64,000 nt of DNA, from positions 394,347-458,346 of the forward strand of contig DYIU01000003.1 in assembly GCA_020723485.1 (NCBI GenBank), read 5' to 3'. A program made the position numbers and the translations under genes. The stretch's first letter is position 1, and the number at the start of each line of letters is the position of its first letter. The notes below the pieces were generated by a model. It did not search any database, was not told the origin of the DNA, and saw nothing but the letters and a program-made list of their open reading frames with translations. Positions 36,363 through 48,571 of this stretch are shown one piece after another. Origin of the DNA: Acidimicrobium ferrooxidans (lineage in GTDB: Bacteria; Actinomycetota; Geothermincolia; Fen-727; Anoxymicrobiaceae).

Positions 36363-37886
36363 CTACCCGCAGCACCCGCCCCGGGCCGGGGCGGGGGTTT
36401 CATCCTTCTTGAGGTCGGTCTTGCCCGGTTTTGCAGGGTCCACTACGTCCATGTAACCGGCGACCATCCCCATCCAGCAGCTGAACCGGTACCGCCCCGG
36501 TTCATCGACCTTGAACTCCTTGACGCTGGTTTTGCCGGGGGTCAGGGCGATCTCGCCGCTGAAGAGGTCCTGTGCGATGATGGCGTTGGTGCAGCCGCTC
36601 GTCCCGGTATCCTCTATCTCCCACTTCACCGGGACTCCCGCACGCACAGTCAGGTGGTCAGGACTGTAACCAGACGACGAAGCCTCCATCTCGAGGACCT
36701 GCTTGCCGTCAACGATCTCAGGGAGCTTCACATCGGCCTTCGCCGCGGTCGGTGCCTTGCCAGGGCTGAAGAGGTCCCCGAGGTTCGGCGCGTCCAGCAC
36801 GACCAGCTGATTGTTGATGTTGAACAGCGCGAAGAACAGCACCAGGACTCCTGCGACCTTCAGGAAGGTCGCGGCCAGCCTCGGCTTCTCGAGGAACTTC
36901 ACGCTGGAAAAGCCTATCACCAGCAGCATCGGCAGGGTCCCGAGAGCGAAAGCAAGCATTATGAGAGAGCCCTGGAGCGGATTCCCCGACAGCAGGGCGA
37001 AGCTCTGCGCGGTTATGGTGAACCCACACGGAACAAAGAACGTCAGGGCGCCCATCGCGAGCGGCATGTACCTTCCCTTGAAGTGAGTCTCGTCGGCCAC
37101 GTAACGGGTGACGGACTTCGGCATTGTGAACTGGAACCGGCGAAAGGACTGCACCCCCAGCATCTGGAGACCAAGTACGATCATCACAATCGAGATGGCT
37201 ATTACCATTAGTGCGGAAAACGACGGCGTCAGCCTCAATGTCCCCCCGATGCCGGCAAGCAGCGCCCCGAGCAGGGCAAACGAGACCAGCCGGCCCGCGT
37301 TGAACAGGAGGTGCGGCTCCAGCCTCTTTTTCAACGGATCATCAGGGGAGTAAAGCTCGCCCCACTGCTTGGACATCGACAGGACTATCCCGCCGACGAG
37401 CGCCGCGCAGCTCGAGAAGCCCGCGACCAGGCCGAGCAGGAGGAACACCGGGAGCGAGGACCCGCTGTCCACTTTAACAAGCCCGGTCACCCCCGCCCTC
37501 TGGAGCAGTATGACGAGAGCGACGGCCGAGACGGCCACTCCAGCTACCTTCCCTGCGTCCTTCAGCCGCGAGGAGCCGCCGGCAGCCTTCGGGCTGAGTG
37601 AGAACCTGTACCCCTCCTTCTCGAAAAGCCTGTTCAGGTCTTCAACCTTAGGCGGGCGGCCCTCGTACTCGACTGTGACGGTCTCCCTCGAGACCGACGC
37701 CTCGACCGAGTGGAGCCCGTCGAGCCCTATCAGCTTCTTCTCGATGATGACCTCGCAGGCGGGGCAGTGCATGCCCTCGACGTAGAAGTCTCGCTCGAGA
37801 GCGCCGCCCCTCCCGCGCGCCACATTCGTGGCCTTCGCCCTGTTCGTCCGCTTGTTCTTCTTTCCTGACTTGCCTCGCCTGGCCAT
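36363..37886 (-). CDS. HMA + TauE/DsbD_2 + cupredoxin membrane protein (copper homeostasis)
   Basis: GMHCPAC, 'SSCAALVGG', 'FNAGRLVSF', 'FFVPCGF', cupredoxin 'SGCTN..FSCWMGM' and C-terminal GGCCG. Confidence 0.85.
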   Translation of the reverse strand: MARRGKSGKKNKRTNRAKATNVARGRGGALERDFYVEGMHCPACEVIIEKKLIGLDGLHSVEASVSRETVTVEYEGRPPKVEDLNRLFEKEGYRFSLSPKAAGGSSRLKDAGKVAGVAVSAVALVILLQRAGVTGLVKVDSGSSLPVFLLLGLVAGFSSCAALVGGIVLSMSKQWGELYSPDDPLKKRLEPHLLFNAGRLVSFALLGALLAGIGGTLRLTPSFSALMVIAISIVMIVLGLQMLGVQSFRRFQFTMPKSVTRYVADETHFKGRYMPLAMGALTFFVPCGFTITAQSFALLSGNPLQGSLIMLAFALGTLPMLLVIGFSSVKFLEKPRLAATFLKVAGVLVLFFALFNINNQLVVLDAPNLGDLFSPGKAPTAAKADVKLPEIVDGKQVLEMEASSSGYSPDHLTVRAGVPVKWEIEDTGTSGCTNAIIAQDLFSGEIALTPGKTSVKEFKVDEPGRYRFSCWMGMVAGYMDVVDPAKPGKTDLKKDETPAPARGGCCG

Positions 37887-37941
37887 CCCTGATCGCTCCC
37901 TCTGTAGGCCGGGTACCCGGCGCCCCGCAGGTCCAGCCCGC

Positions 37942-38214
37942 CTACTTGTTCGACAGCTTGGTCACCTGGAGTATCTCCTGGATCATCTCCTGCTTGCGCT
38001 TGTCGCTCGCCGACGACATCGCCTTCTTGAAGCAGTCGTTCAGGTGCCCTTCCATCAGCATCTGGTTCGCTGACTTGAGAAGGCCGATTACGGCGAGGTC
38101 CTGCTGCATTATGTCGACGCAGTACTCGTCGTTCTCTATCATCTTGATGATCTTCCCGAGAAGGCTCTGCGCTTTCTTGAAGTTGATGAGGGTCTTTTCC
38201 TTCTGGACGTTCAA
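37942..38214 (-). CDS. csoR: CsoR-family metal-sensing repressor
   Basis: 'KMIENDEYCVDIMQQ..A' and 'HLNDC' (C-H-C ligands). Confidence 0.9.
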   Translation of the reverse strand: MNVQKEKTLINFKKAQSLLGKIIKMIENDEYCVDIMQQDLAVIGLLKSANQMLMEGHLNDCFKKAMSSASDKRKQEMIQEILQVTKLSNK

Positions 38215-38231
38215 GAGGCCACCTCCTTGTC

Positions 38232-38292
38232 TACCCCTACCATGGGTATAGGTCTATGACGAGAGATTACCACCCGGGGTTCCCCCTGTCAA
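38232..38292 (-). promoter_or_regulatory. csoR promoter and CsoR-type operator
   Basis: TTGACA(38292-38287)-17-TAATCT(38269-38264), with operator TACCCCTACCATGGGTATAGGT at 38232-38253. Confidence 0.75.
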
Positions 38293-38910
38293 ACGGGCCG
38301 CGGCGTCCTGCAGGTCCGCTATCAGGAAGTAGCCGCTCAGGGCCGTCAGGTTCGGTCGCAGCCTCACTTCCCTTCCGGCACCGGAGAACCAGGACTTCTC
38401 TATGGTGATGCCCCCCGATTCACAGTAGTCGACAAAATCGCCGATGCTCAGGAAGTGCAGGTTCGGAGTATCGTGCCAGGCATATGGGAGCGAAGGCGTC
38501 ACGGGAGTCCGCCCCCTGAGCAGTATCTGAGCCCTCGCCCGGTAGTGAGCGAAGTTCGAGAACCCGACTATCGTCTTCTCGCTCACCCTCAAGGCTTCCC
38601 GCAACACGGCGTGGGGCCTGCGCACGACCCTCTGCAGGCTGCCGTCGAATATCGTGTAATCAAATGCGCCGCTCCCGTAGTCCCGCAGGGCGTCGTCGAC
38701 CTCCTCGTGAAGGACGTTGAGCCCCTTCTCTATGCATGAGAACACCGACGCGTCGTCCAGTTCTATCCCGTGGGCCCTGACGCCCCGTTCGGACGCCAGG
38801 CGTGCCAGGAGGTCCCCGCTGCCGCAGCCGAGTTCCAGCACCGAGGAACCGGGCTCGACCCAGTCGACAATGATATCCTGCGCCGACCTGCCCTCTTTTC
38901 GAACCGCCAC
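38254..38910 (-). CDS. metW: Methionine biosynthesis protein MetW
   Basis: VLELGCGSG, 'NFAHYRAR', 'GRTPVT..LPYAWHDTPNLHF'; lies downstream of metX. Confidence 0.9.
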   Translation of the reverse strand: MAVRKEGRSAQDIIVDWVEPGSSVLELGCGSGDLLARLASERGVRAHGIELDDASVFSCIEKGLNVLHEEVDDALRDYGSGAFDYTIFDGSLQRVVRRPHAVLREALRVSEKTIVGFSNFAHYRARAQILLRGRTPVTPSLPYAWHDTPNLHFLSIGDFVDYCESGGITIEKSWFSGAGREVRLRPNLTALSGYFLIADLQDAAARLTGGTPGGNLSS

Positions 38911-38911
38911 T

Positions 38912-40060
38912 TCAGCCCTCCTCCTCCACCGTCCGCAGGAAATGCGTTATGAGCCTGGTCTGCTCATCGACCTCGAGAAGGAACGCGTCGTGGCCGTATG
39001 TGGAGGGGACCTCGCAGTACGACACCTCGACGCCCGCCCTCTTGCATGCCCGCACTACATGCTGTGACTGGTAGGACGGGTACAGCCAGTCGGACCCGAA
39101 TGACATGACAAGGACCCTGGCCTCGAGGCCCTCGAACGCGGCCGCCAGGCTTCCGCCCCGCGCGGCGTCATACTCGTCGATCGCCCTCGTGATGTAGAGG
39201 TAAGAGTTCGCATCGAACCTCTCAACGAAGGAGGAGCCCTTGTGATGCAGGTAGTCCTCCACCTCGAACCCGTTGCCGAACGGGTGGGACCTCCCGTCAG
39301 GGCAGACCCGCCTTCCGAACTTCTCCGACATCGAGGTGTCACTCATGTAGGTTATGTGGCCGACCATGCGGGCGACGCTGAGCCCGCCCGCCGGCCGCTC
39401 GCCACCGTAGTAGTCCCCGTGGTTCCAGTTCGGATCAGAGAGGATGGCCTGCCGTCCCACCTCGTTGAAGGCTATCTGCTGGGGCGAATGCTTCGCAGCG
39501 GTAGCGCACACGATTGCACTCCTTGTCCTTCCGGAATAGGAGACCAGCCATTCGAGGACCTGCTGGCCGCCCATGGAGCCCCCCGCAACACTCAGCAGCG
39601 TGTCGATTCCCAGGTGGTCCAGCAGGCACGCCTGGACCCTCACCATGTCGGGGATGGTCACCGGGGGAAAGGAGCCTCCGAACGGCCGCCCCGTGGCGGG
39701 GTCAACGGTCGAAGGGCCGGTGGTTCCTCTGCATCCTCCGAGGACGTTCGAGCAGACTATGAAGAACCTGTCGGTGTCGAATGCCCTGCCCGGCCCGATC
39801 ATGTCGTGCCACCAGCCCGGTTTCCGGTCTCCCCGGTGCCAGCCGGCGGCATGCGCGTCTCCGGAGAAAGCGTGCGCGACCAGTACCGCGTTGGACCGGT
39901 CCGCGTTCAGCCTGCCATAGGTCTCGTAGGCCACGGTGACAGGGCTCAGGCTCTCGCCGCAGTCCAGGAGGAACGAATCCGGGGGCGGGGCGATAGTCAC
40001 GGAACGGGGCTCTACCAGGCCGACCCCGTCAAGCACCGCCGTAGTATCTTCTCTTTCCAT
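38912..40060 (-). CDS. metX: Homoserine O-acetyltransferase
   Basis: YETYG.LN, HAFSGD, NVLGGCRGTTGP, GGSMGG, RFDANSY and GHDAFL motifs. Confidence 0.93.
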   Translation of the reverse strand: MEREDTTAVLDGVGLVEPRSVTIAPPPDSFLLDCGESLSPVTVAYETYGRLNADRSNAVLVAHAFSGDAHAAGWHRGDRKPGWWHDMIGPGRAFDTDRFFIVCSNVLGGCRGTTGPSTVDPATGRPFGGSFPPVTIPDMVRVQACLLDHLGIDTLLSVAGGSMGGQQVLEWLVSYSGRTRSAIVCATAAKHSPQQIAFNEVGRQAILSDPNWNHGDYYGGERPAGGLSVARMVGHITYMSDTSMSEKFGRRVCPDGRSHPFGNGFEVEDYLHHKGSSFVERFDANSYLYITRAIDEYDAARGGSLAAAFEGLEARVLVMSFGSDWLYPSYQSQHVVRACKRAGVEVSYCEVPSTYGHDAFLLEVDEQTRLITHFLRTVEEEG

Positions 40061-40068
40061 TACCGCTC

Positions 40069-41487
<1,419 letters not shown>

Positions 41488-41494
41488 TCAACGC

Positions 41495-41551
41495 CTACAC
41501 AGGCACACCTCCCGCACCCAGGTGGGGGCGCATGGCCATGCGGCATTCCAT
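41495..41551 (-). CDS. Putative Met/Cys leader peptide MECRMAMRPHLGAGGVPV
   Basis: 18-codon ORF with 3 Met and 1 Cys in the first 7 codons and an upstream AAGGGA. An in-frame longer start exists at 41626. Confidence 0.6.
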   Translation of the reverse strand: MECRMAMRPHLGAGGVPV

Positions 41552-41638
41552 CCGACCGTATCCCTTTTGCTTACCCGGCTCGATTGACACTGTCTCGACT
41601 CCCGCTCTCACACCCAACTGAAGCATTAAATTGCTATT

Positions 41639-41689
41639 AATCCTATCGTTATGGTAGGGTATTTTAAAGGCAATCGCCGTTCGTGTCAA
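41639..41689 (-). promoter_or_regulatory. met-operon promoter with overlapping candidate Rrf2 operator
   Basis: TTGACA(41689-41684)-17-TAAAAT(41666-41661). The imperfect palindrome AATCCTATCGTTATGGTAGGGTATT covers the predicted start site. Confidence 0.7.
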
Positions 41690-41754
41690 GCGGCCTTGCC
41701 CGTAACTATCACCGCAAGGCCCCGGTGCCTTCGACGGAGAGGAACACAAGCGAC

Positions 41755-42237
41755 ATGAAGATCTCGACACGGGCGCGGTACGGCATGCGCGCCATGCTCG
41801 ACATAGCAGTTCACAGCGACGGCGGCCTGGTCCTCTTGAAGGACATCGCCGCCAGGCAGGAGATCTCGAAGCGCTATCTCGAGCACATGATGACGCAGCT
41901 TCGGAACAGCGGTCTCGTGGTCTCCGAGCGCGGCGCGAGCGGCGGCTATCGACTCGCCCGCGACCCGGGCGACATAAGGCTCGACGAGATATTCGAGGCG
42001 CTCGAGGGGGAGATAGCGGTGGTGGAGTGCATAAGAGACGCCGCCATCTGCAGCAGGGCCGATGAATGCGTCACAAGGGACCTCTGGTGCGAGGTGGCCT
42101 CCGCCATACGTTCCGTGCTGGGGACCAAGACCCTGGCGGATCTCAAGAAGCGATATGAAAGGGTAAAGGAACAGGGGAGGGATTCCGGCAGGGGAGATGT
42201 TCGGGTTCACTCCTCGACGGGAAGGGCCGTGAAGTAG
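41755..42237 (+). CDS. Rrf2-family regulator (CymR/IscR-like) with three Cys
   Basis: MKISTRARYG, 'RQEISKRYLE', 'RGASGGY.LAR' and ECIRDAAICSRADEC. Confidence 0.92.
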   Translation: MKISTRARYGMRAMLDIAVHSDGGLVLLKDIAARQEISKRYLEHMMTQLRNSGLVVSERGASGGYRLARDPGDIRLDEIFEALEGEIAVVECIRDAAICSRADECVTRDLWCEVASAIRSVLGTKTLADLKKRYERVKEQGRDSGRGDVRVHSSTGRAVK

Positions 42238-44135
42238 AAAGTGGCTCCCTCACCGGGCTTGCCCTCAGCCCAGACCCTTCCGCCGTGGCGGCGCACTATG
42301 CGCTGTACTACCGCGAGGCCTATGCCCACACCCTCGTACTCCTCGGGGGAGTGCAGCCTGCGGAACACGCCGAAGAGCTTGTCGGCATAGCGCATGTCGA
42401 AGCCGGCGCCGTTGTCCTTTACGAAGTAGACGTTCTCCCCGTCGCCGCGGAGGCTGCCGACCTTTATCCGGGCAACGTCCGTCTCCCGCGTGAACTTCAC
42501 CGCGTTCGAGAGGAGGTTGTCCCACACCTGCTGCCACATCACCGGGTCGCCCATCGCGTGAGGGAGCTCGTCGACCTCGAACTCGACGGCGCGCCCGTCG
42601 ATGGAAGGCTCGAGCTCCCCGATGACGTTGCCGACCAGCTCGTTCATATCGACCTCGCGCTCGGCGAGCTCCCGCCTGTCCACCCTCGACAGCATCAACA
42701 GGTGCTCGATGAGCTCGGCCATGTAGTCGCAGTTCTGCCTTATGACTGAGAGCAGCCTCAGGCCCTCACCGTCAATCGACTCCGAGTGCTCTTCCTCCAG
42801 GATGCGCGAGAACCCTTCGATCGCCCTTAGCGGAGTGCGCAGGTCGTGCGACACGGAGTATGAGAACGCCTCGAGCTCCTTGTAGGCCGACTGGAGCTGC
42901 GCCGTGCGCTCGATGACACGCCGCTCGAGCTCCTGGCTCAGCTTCCGGCGCTCCTCTTCGATGCGTTTTCGCTCCGATATGTCGCGCACTATACCAACAG
43001 CACCGTTTCGTTCACCCTGCTTGTCAGTAGTCTGCCAGACGCATAGAGACACGGGCATAGTCGTTCCATCCTTGCGGATGTACTCCTTTTCGAACTCATC
43101 GCAGTAACCTTTTGACACGAGCTGCCTGCCGACTATCTCCCTCTCGAGCTCATGCCAATTGGCGGGGGTGACCTGCTCAAAGGTCATCTCCGAAAGCTCT
43201 TCCATCTCGTATCCGAGCATATCCAGGAATGCCTGATTCGCCCCGGTGAAACGGCCATCCAGGTCACAGGATACGATCCCATCCCTGCTTGATTCGTAAA
43301 GCGTGCGGTACTTCTCCTCGGAATCCCTGAGCCTGGCCTGGGCCTCTTTCTGCTTGGTTATGTCGCGCGAGACCACCAGTACGCCATAAGGGTTGCCTTC
43401 CTTGTCACGCAGGAACCCCGCGCTCAGCTCCGCCGGGTAGGTCGAGCCGTCCTTCCGCAGCTGCTCAACCTCCACCCTCACCGGGACCGGGGGGTCTGTG
43501 TTGGTCTCCACCTGCCGGGCGAACTGCTCGGCGAAGACTTCGGACACGCTTCTGAACGACTCCTCCGTTATGAACTCCCTCGTGCTCCGGCCGAGGCCTT
43601 CCTCCGGCGTGAACCCCGTGTTCCTCTCGACCGAAGGGCTCACGTAGGTGACTTTGAGCTCCATGTCCGTTGTGATTATGAGCTCATTGGCGTTCTCCAC
43701 CAGCAGGCGGTAGTGCTCCTCGCTCTCACGGAGGGCGCGCTCGGCATGATGGCGCACTATCGAATAGCGCATCGACCTCTCGAGCGAATCCGGGCTTATC
43801 CTTCCCTTGGTGAGATAGTCCTGAGCGCCCATATCGAGAGCACGGGACGCAGTGCCGCTCTCGTCGAGGCCGGTGAGGACCACCACCGGCACCTCGACCG
43901 ACACGTGATTGAGAACTCTCTCTACGGTCTCCAGCCCATGGGCGTCGGGCAGGGTGAGGTCGAGCAGCAGGATGTCGAACGGCTCAGCCTCGATGCGGGC
44001 CAGGCCGGACGTCAGGCTCCCCTCGGCCTCGAGCTCGAAGGGCCCCCCGGGGGCGTCCTTCAGCAGTTCGGCGATGAGCCGGGCGTCGCCCGGGTTGTCC
44101 TCTATCAGCAGTACGCGCATGCCGTCTCCGCTCAT
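42207..44135 (-). CDS. Hybrid REC-PAS-PAS histidine kinase
   Basis: LLIEDN..LLDL.LPD receiver, two PAS/PAC domains, [23 protein letters not shown] and GIGLA. Confidence 0.92.
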   Translation of the reverse strand: MSGDGMRVLLIEDNPGDARLIAELLKDAPGGPFELEAEGSLTSGLARIEAEPFDILLLDLTLPDAHGLETVERVLNHVSVEVPVVVLTGLDESGTASRALDMGAQDYLTKGRISPDSLERSMRYSIVRHHAERALRESEEHYRLLVENANELIITTDMELKVTYVSPSVERNTGFTPEEGLGRSTREFITEESFRSVSEVFAEQFARQVETNTDPPVPVRVEVEQLRKDGSTYPAELSAGFLRDKEGNPYGVLVVSRDITKQKEAQARLRDSEEKYRTLYESSRDGIVSCDLDGRFTGANQAFLDMLGYEMEELSEMTFEQVTPANWHELEREIVGRQLVSKGYCDEFEKEYIRKDGTTMPVSLCVWQTTDKQGERNGAVGIVRDISERKRIEEERRKLSQELERRVIERTAQLQSAYKELEAFSYSVSHDLRTPLRAIEGFSRILEEEHSESIDGEGLRLLSVIRQNCDYMAELIEHLLMLSRVDRRELAEREVDMNELVGNVIGELEPSIDGRAVEFEVDELPHAMGDPVMWQQVWDNLLSNAVKFTRETDVARIKVGSLRGDGENVYFVKDNGAGFDMRYADKLFGVFRRLHSPEEYEGVGIGLAVVQRIVRRHGGRVWAEGKPGEGATFYFTALPVEE

Positions 44136-44578
44136 CCTCCATCCCCCGTGGGAAGCTTTACGACCGTCAGCCAGAAATCCTCCACCGCCTTCACCACCGA
44201 GACGAACTGCTGAAGGTCGACCGGCTTGGTTATGTAGCAGTTAGCGTGCAGGTCGTAGCTCTTCAGTATGTCCCGCTCGTCCCTCGATATCGTCAGTATC
44301 ACGACCGGGATGCGCTTCAGGTCCGGGTCCCCCTTGATCTCGGCCAGGACCTCCCTGCCGTTCTTCCTTGGAAGGTTGAGGTCGAGGAGCACCAGGTCGG
44401 GGCGGGCGGCCTCTTCGTATTTCCCCTGCCTGCGCAGGTACTCCATCGCCTCCTCGCCGTCCATCACCACGTTCAGCTTGTTGAGGACTTTGCCCTCCTT
44501 CATGACCTCCCGGGTGAGCCTTATGTCGCCGGGATTGTCCTCGACGAGGAGTATCTCGAGCGGCTTCATCCTGTTCAT
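44132..44578 (-). CDS. Single-domain response regulator (Rcp1-like)
   Basis: [29 protein letters not shown] and C-terminal FW..VKLP. Confidence 0.93.
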   Translation of the reverse strand: MNRMKPLEILLVEDNPGDIRLTREVMKEGKVLNKLNVVMDGEEAMEYLRRQGKYEEAARPDLVLLDLNLPRKNGREVLAEIKGDPDLKRIPVVILTISRDERDILKSYDLHANCYITKPVDLQQFVSVVKAVEDFWLTVVKLPTGDGG

Positions 44579-46587
44579 TCAGGCTCTCCTTCCGCGGGCA
44601 TCGTGAAGTAGAAGGTGGCGCCCTCGCCCGGCTCGGACTCCGCCCAGATCCTTCCACCGTGCTGCTCGACTATCTTCCTGCTTATGGCGAGCCCTATCCC
44701 CGTACCCTTATACGTTCCCCTGGGGTTGAGCCTCTGGAATATGTCAAAGATGCGCTCGGAGTGCCTGGGGTCGAAACCGATGCCGCTGTCCTTCACCGAG
44801 AAGACCCATTCTCCCCCCTCGAGGTTCGCGGAGACGTGTACCCTCGGAGGCTCCGAGCCCCTGAACTTTATCGAGTTGCCTATGAGGTTCTGGAACAGCT
44901 GAGAGAGGTTGGTCTCGTCAGCCATGACCGACGGAAGGGTGTCGCTCGTGATGACCGCGCCGGATTCCTCGATCGGGAACGCGAGGTTGGCCCGCGCCCT
45001 GCCCAGCGCCACGTTCACGTCGGTAGGCTTCATCTCCTCTCCACCCGTCCCGACCCGCGACAGGGCCAACAAGTCGCTGATAAGCGTCTGCATCCGTTCG
45101 GCCCCGTCCACCGCGTACCCTATGAACTCGTCGGCGTCGTCGTCGAGGCGCCCCCGGTACCGGTCTGCGAGCAGCTGAACGTAGCTCGAGATCATGCGCA
45201 GCGGCTCCTGGAGGTCGTGTGAGGCCACGTAGGCGAACTGCTGCAGCTCGGCGTTCGAACGCTCGAGCTCGGCCATCGCCTCGTGCAGCTCGGCGGTGCG
45301 CTCGGTTACCAGCTCCTCCAGGACCTCCCGGCGCAGGCGGAGCTCGACCTCGGCCCGGTAGCGCCCGAGTGCTTCCATGAAGGCAGCCCCCAGGGCATCG
45401 AGGTCCTGGACGTCCTCTTCCTCGAAGCCGCCCTCCTTGTTGGCGAGCGCGATGACGCCGACAGCCCGGTCCTCCCACCTGAGCGGGACTCCCAGGAACG
45501 ACCTGATCGGCGGGTGTCCCACCGGGGTGCCGGTGGTGTCGGGGTCGGACGCGGGGTCGTTCACCAGCTGTGGCTTGCCTTCCTTGATGACCCTCCCCCA
45601 GAAGCTGGTGAGCTCCATGTCGTTTATCATCCGGACGGCCTGGGTCTCCGGCATCATGCATTCCGCCCAGCCGGGCTCGCTCAGGGACTTGGTGTCGAGC
45701 AGCCCTTTCTCGTTGACCATCCCCAGGAACCCGAACCTGGCCCCCGAGATGCGCTCCGCCACCGACAAGCATGCGCGGGCGATATCCTCCTCGTCCTCGG
45801 TGGTGAGGCCGGTCCTGAACACGAGGTTGAACCCCTCGAGTATCTCTCCCTTGCTCTTGACGCGCTCGGTCATCCGGTTGAACGAGGCGGCGGCCTCTGC
45901 TATCTCGTTCCTGCCGCGCACCTCTATTGGGGTCTCGAGGTCCCCCTCGGCCACTCTCCTGGTCCCCTCCCCGATGGCGTCCATTCCCTTCAGGACCCAG
46001 ACGCTCACCACAACGGTGTCCGCGACGACGAGGAGAGCGAGCAGCGCCACCAGGACCGTCGGGAGGATGACACCGAGCCTTATCGCGCTTGAGAGCTCCT
46101 GCCTGCTTTCGTTTGTGAGCTGCGCGCTGAAGTCGGCGACCTCCTGGGCTTTCGCGGTCAGGTCCCCGACTATCTGGTCCTCGACGCGCTGGGAGGCGAT
46201 GGCATCTATCGCGCCTGACTGCAGGGCCTGCCAGTTGGCCTCGAGCCTGTCGAAGCCTTCGCCTACCGCGGGCTGATAACCCAGCAGCAGGCCTATCTTC
46301 GCCACGTGGTCGCCTCCGGCGAATTCGCGGTCGGCATCCTTCAGCAGGCTTATCACCCGCTCGTGTACGGCGTGCCACTGCCTCGCCGTCCTCTCGTTGT
46401 GCAGCAGCAGCCAGTCGGACCTGAGGGCTATCCGCTCGAAAGCCGCCTCCGAGAGCTCCGAGGCGGTCTCCAGCCTCCGGGACGCCCCGCTCGCGCGGGA
46501 AAGGACGAGTGTACTAGCGGTTATTACGACCGCCGCCACCACTATCGTCGCGGCCATCGCAAGTATGAGAAGGGTCCTTATCTTCAG
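44575..46587 (-). CDS. Membrane HAMP-GAF sensor histidine kinase
   Basis: Two TM helices, HAMP, GAF ('[16 protein letters not shown]'), [19 protein letters not shown] and GTGIGL. Start is likely CTG 46587, otherwise ATG 46557. Confidence 0.9.
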   Translation of the reverse strand: MKIRTLLILAMAATIVVAAVVITASTLVLSRASGASRRLETASELSEAAFERIALRSDWLLLHNERTARQWHAVHERVISLLKDADREFAGGDHVAKIGLLLGYQPAVGEGFDRLEANWQALQSGAIDAIASQRVEDQIVGDLTAKAQEVADFSAQLTNESRQELSSAIRLGVILPTVLVALLALLVVADTVVVSVWVLKGMDAIGEGTRRVAEGDLETPIEVRGRNEIAEAAASFNRMTERVKSKGEILEGFNLVFRTGLTTEDEEDIARACLSVAERISGARFGFLGMVNEKGLLDTKSLSEPGWAECMMPETQAVRMINDMELTSFWGRVIKEGKPQLVNDPASDPDTTGTPVGHPPIRSFLGVPLRWEDRAVGVIALANKEGGFEEEDVQDLDALGAAFMEALGRYRAEVELRLRREVLEELVTERTAELHEAMAELERSNAELQQFAYVASHDLQEPLRMISSYVQLLADRYRGRLDDDADEFIGYAVDGAERMQTLISDLLALSRVGTGGEEMKPTDVNVALGRARANLAFPIEESGAVITSDTLPSVMADETNLSQLFQNLIGNSIKFRGSEPPRVHVSANLEGGEWVFSVKDSGIGFDPRHSERIFDIFQRLNPRGTYKGTGIGLAISRKIVEQHGGRIWAESEPGEGATFYFTMPAEGEPE

Positions 46588-46597
46588 CGCATCCTCC

Positions 46598-47611
46598 CTA
46601 GTGTGCCACCTCGACAGCTTCGGGATCGGCCCTTTGTAGGCCGGTGAAATCTATTCTCTCCAGGTAGTCCGGCGCGGGAGTCCCGCCCGCGAAGCCGCTC
46701 TCGACGTACCAGGTGGCCTCGAGGTCGAGCTGGAGCATCAGGCAGTTGGTGAGTGATATCTCATAGAAGTTGTTCGGCCATGCGTAATCAAGGTACGGCA
46801 TGCTGAGCCCGTATGCCATGGAGACTGCGCGCCTGGCGTCGCGCGGGTTCTTCCTGATGAAATCCACCGCGTCGACGAGCGAGCGCATCAGCCGCTCGGA
46901 CATGCCGGGCGCCCGCTTCAAGACCTCCTCGGTGGAAATGGCGGTGAAGTGGAAATGCTGGTCGCCGAGGGCCGACCAGGTCACCGCCTCCTCTCCGAGC
47001 ATCTCCTTGAGCTGGTAGGCCACCGGGTCCCAGATGACGACCGCTTCTACGGTGCCCGCGGCGAGCGCCCGGCTCATCTCCTCCGGGGCGAGGTCGACCA
47101 CTGTGACGTCGCCAATGGTGAGGCCCTCCCTCTTGAGGCTGCTTCCCAGAGCGTACGCGCCGAGCGTTCCGGGGGAGACGCCCACCCGGCGGCCCTTGAG
47201 GCCGGCGGCGGTCGATATCCCGCTGCTCGTGGTGGTGATAAGCCATATGGTCTTTACCCTGTCAATCGACGCGAGCAGGCGGAGGGAAGGCTCGCTGAAG
47301 CTGGCGCTCGCGAAGACGTAGTCCGCCGCGGTGGCGACGTCCGCGTCCCCCGCCAGCAGGGTCTGAACCGCCGCGGCGCCGGTCTGGCTCTCGACCTGGG
47401 TCACGTCAAGGCCGTTGGACTGGAAATAACCTTCGGCCTCGGCGACGGCGATCGGAGCGGACATCTCACCCGGGTATATCGCTATTCGCACTTTCATCGC
47501 GGGAGTTGGAGCCCCGCATCCCGCCGCGCCCAGCGCGACCGACGCACTGAGCGCCACGACAAGTACCAGTGCCGTTAAAGCCGGTCCCAAGTGTCTCTTT
47601 GAGCTACGCAT
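46598..47611 (-). CDS. SsuA/NMT1-type substrate-binding lipoprotein
   Basis: Lipobox AAGC, 'VAEAEGYF..GLDV', 'LKGRRVGV..GT' and 'WDP'. Confidence 0.85.
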   Translation of the reverse strand: MRSSKRHLGPALTALVLVVALSASVALGAAGCGAPTPAMKVRIAIYPGEMSAPIAVAEAEGYFQSNGLDVTQVESQTGAAAVQTLLAGDADVATAADYVFASASFSEPSLRLLASIDRVKTIWLITTTSSGISTAAGLKGRRVGVSPGTLGAYALGSSLKREGLTIGDVTVVDLAPEEMSRALAAGTVEAVVIWDPVAYQLKEMLGEEAVTWSALGDQHFHFTAISTEEVLKRAPGMSERLMRSLVDAVDFIRKNPRDARRAVSMAYGLSMPYLDYAWPNNFYEISLTNCLMLQLDLEATWYVESGFAGGTPAPDYLERIDFTGLQRADPEAVEVAH

Positions 47612-47819
47612 TTCACTGCCGCCGGTGAATGGACACACTGCCGCTCGCCTGTCCGCTCTCAGATCCCCTGCCAGGCTGTATTCATTGTAGCATTACCGGT
47701 CACCCTCACATGATAGGGAGACCTCCTAATAATCCCTGCCGCTCCGGCACGCATTTCCAGTGGGATTTTGAGTAAGATTAGTCTTTGAGCGTTGTGACGT
47801 CCGGACCTGGAGGGCGGCG

Positions 47820-48542
47820 GTGCAGGCATTCAGTGACAAATGGATACGTTACTTCGAGAGGCCCGGGCCGGCCAATACGCGGGATACCCTCGAATGCTGC
47901 AGGCGGAGAGCCGTCGAGCTGGGCCTCCGAACCGTTGTGATTGCGAGCCTCAGGGGGGAGAGCGCGCTGCTCGCTCTCGAGGTGCTCGCGGGGACGGGGT
48001 TCGAGGTCGTAGCGGTAACCATCCCTCCCGGCGCATTCTGGACCGTGGGCTCTATGCACAACGACATCTGGGACGACATCCCCGAGCTGAGGGCGCAGAG
48101 GGAGGCGTGGGAGAGCGAAGGCCTCGGGCGGGTGCGGATGGACATGGACGAGGATACGGAGGCCCGTCTGACCGCCATGGGGGTGAAGGTGGTCCGGGGT
48201 ACGATACCGTTCTACGCCATTGGGACCTCGCTCGCCGCCCGCTTCGGGGGCTTGAACTTCGAGCAGTACTTCACCGAGGCCCTGCGGCTGTTCTCGGGTG
48301 GTACGATAGTGTGCGTCGAGGCCGCGCTGATGGCCGCGGATGCCGGCGCGGTCTCCATTGAAGACGAGGTGGTCGCGGCCGCCGGCACTTCGATGGGGCT
48401 CGACACCGCAATGGTCGTCAGGCCCTCGACCAGCCTGACCTTCCTCGAGCCCGGCTCCGGCCTCGAGATTCGGGAAGTCGTAGCGATGCCGCGTGCAAAA
48501 CCGAAATACTCTCCCGGGGGAATGGGAGAGGAATACCGATAG
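47820..48542 (+). CDS. Stand-alone pyruvate-kinase C-terminal-like protein (MTH1675/DUF1867-like)
   Basis: 'YFERPGPANT..TL', 'VVIAS..G.SA', 'VCVEAALMAADAG' and 'GT..GLDTA.V..P' pattern. Confidence 0.75.
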   Translation: MQAFSDKWIRYFERPGPANTRDTLECCRRRAVELGLRTVVIASLRGESALLALEVLAGTGFEVVAVTIPPGAFWTVGSMHNDIWDDIPELRAQREAWESEGLGRVRMDMDEDTEARLTAMGVKVVRGTIPFYAIGTSLAARFGGLNFEQYFTEALRLFSGGTIVCVEAALMAADAGAVSIEDEVVAAAGTSMGLDTAMVVRPSTSLTFLEPGSGLEIREVVAMPRAKPKYSPGGMGEEYR

Positions 48543-48571
48543 CCCAGCTGAGGCAGAGGGCGAATGGAACG

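Noticed and set aside
44918..46378. Long alternate-frame and antisense ORFs (also 8232-9464, 14046-15359, 23763-25517, 26384-27631 and others)
   Set aside because: Arg/Gly/Pro-rich shadow ORFs expected at high GC, overlapping well-supported genes.
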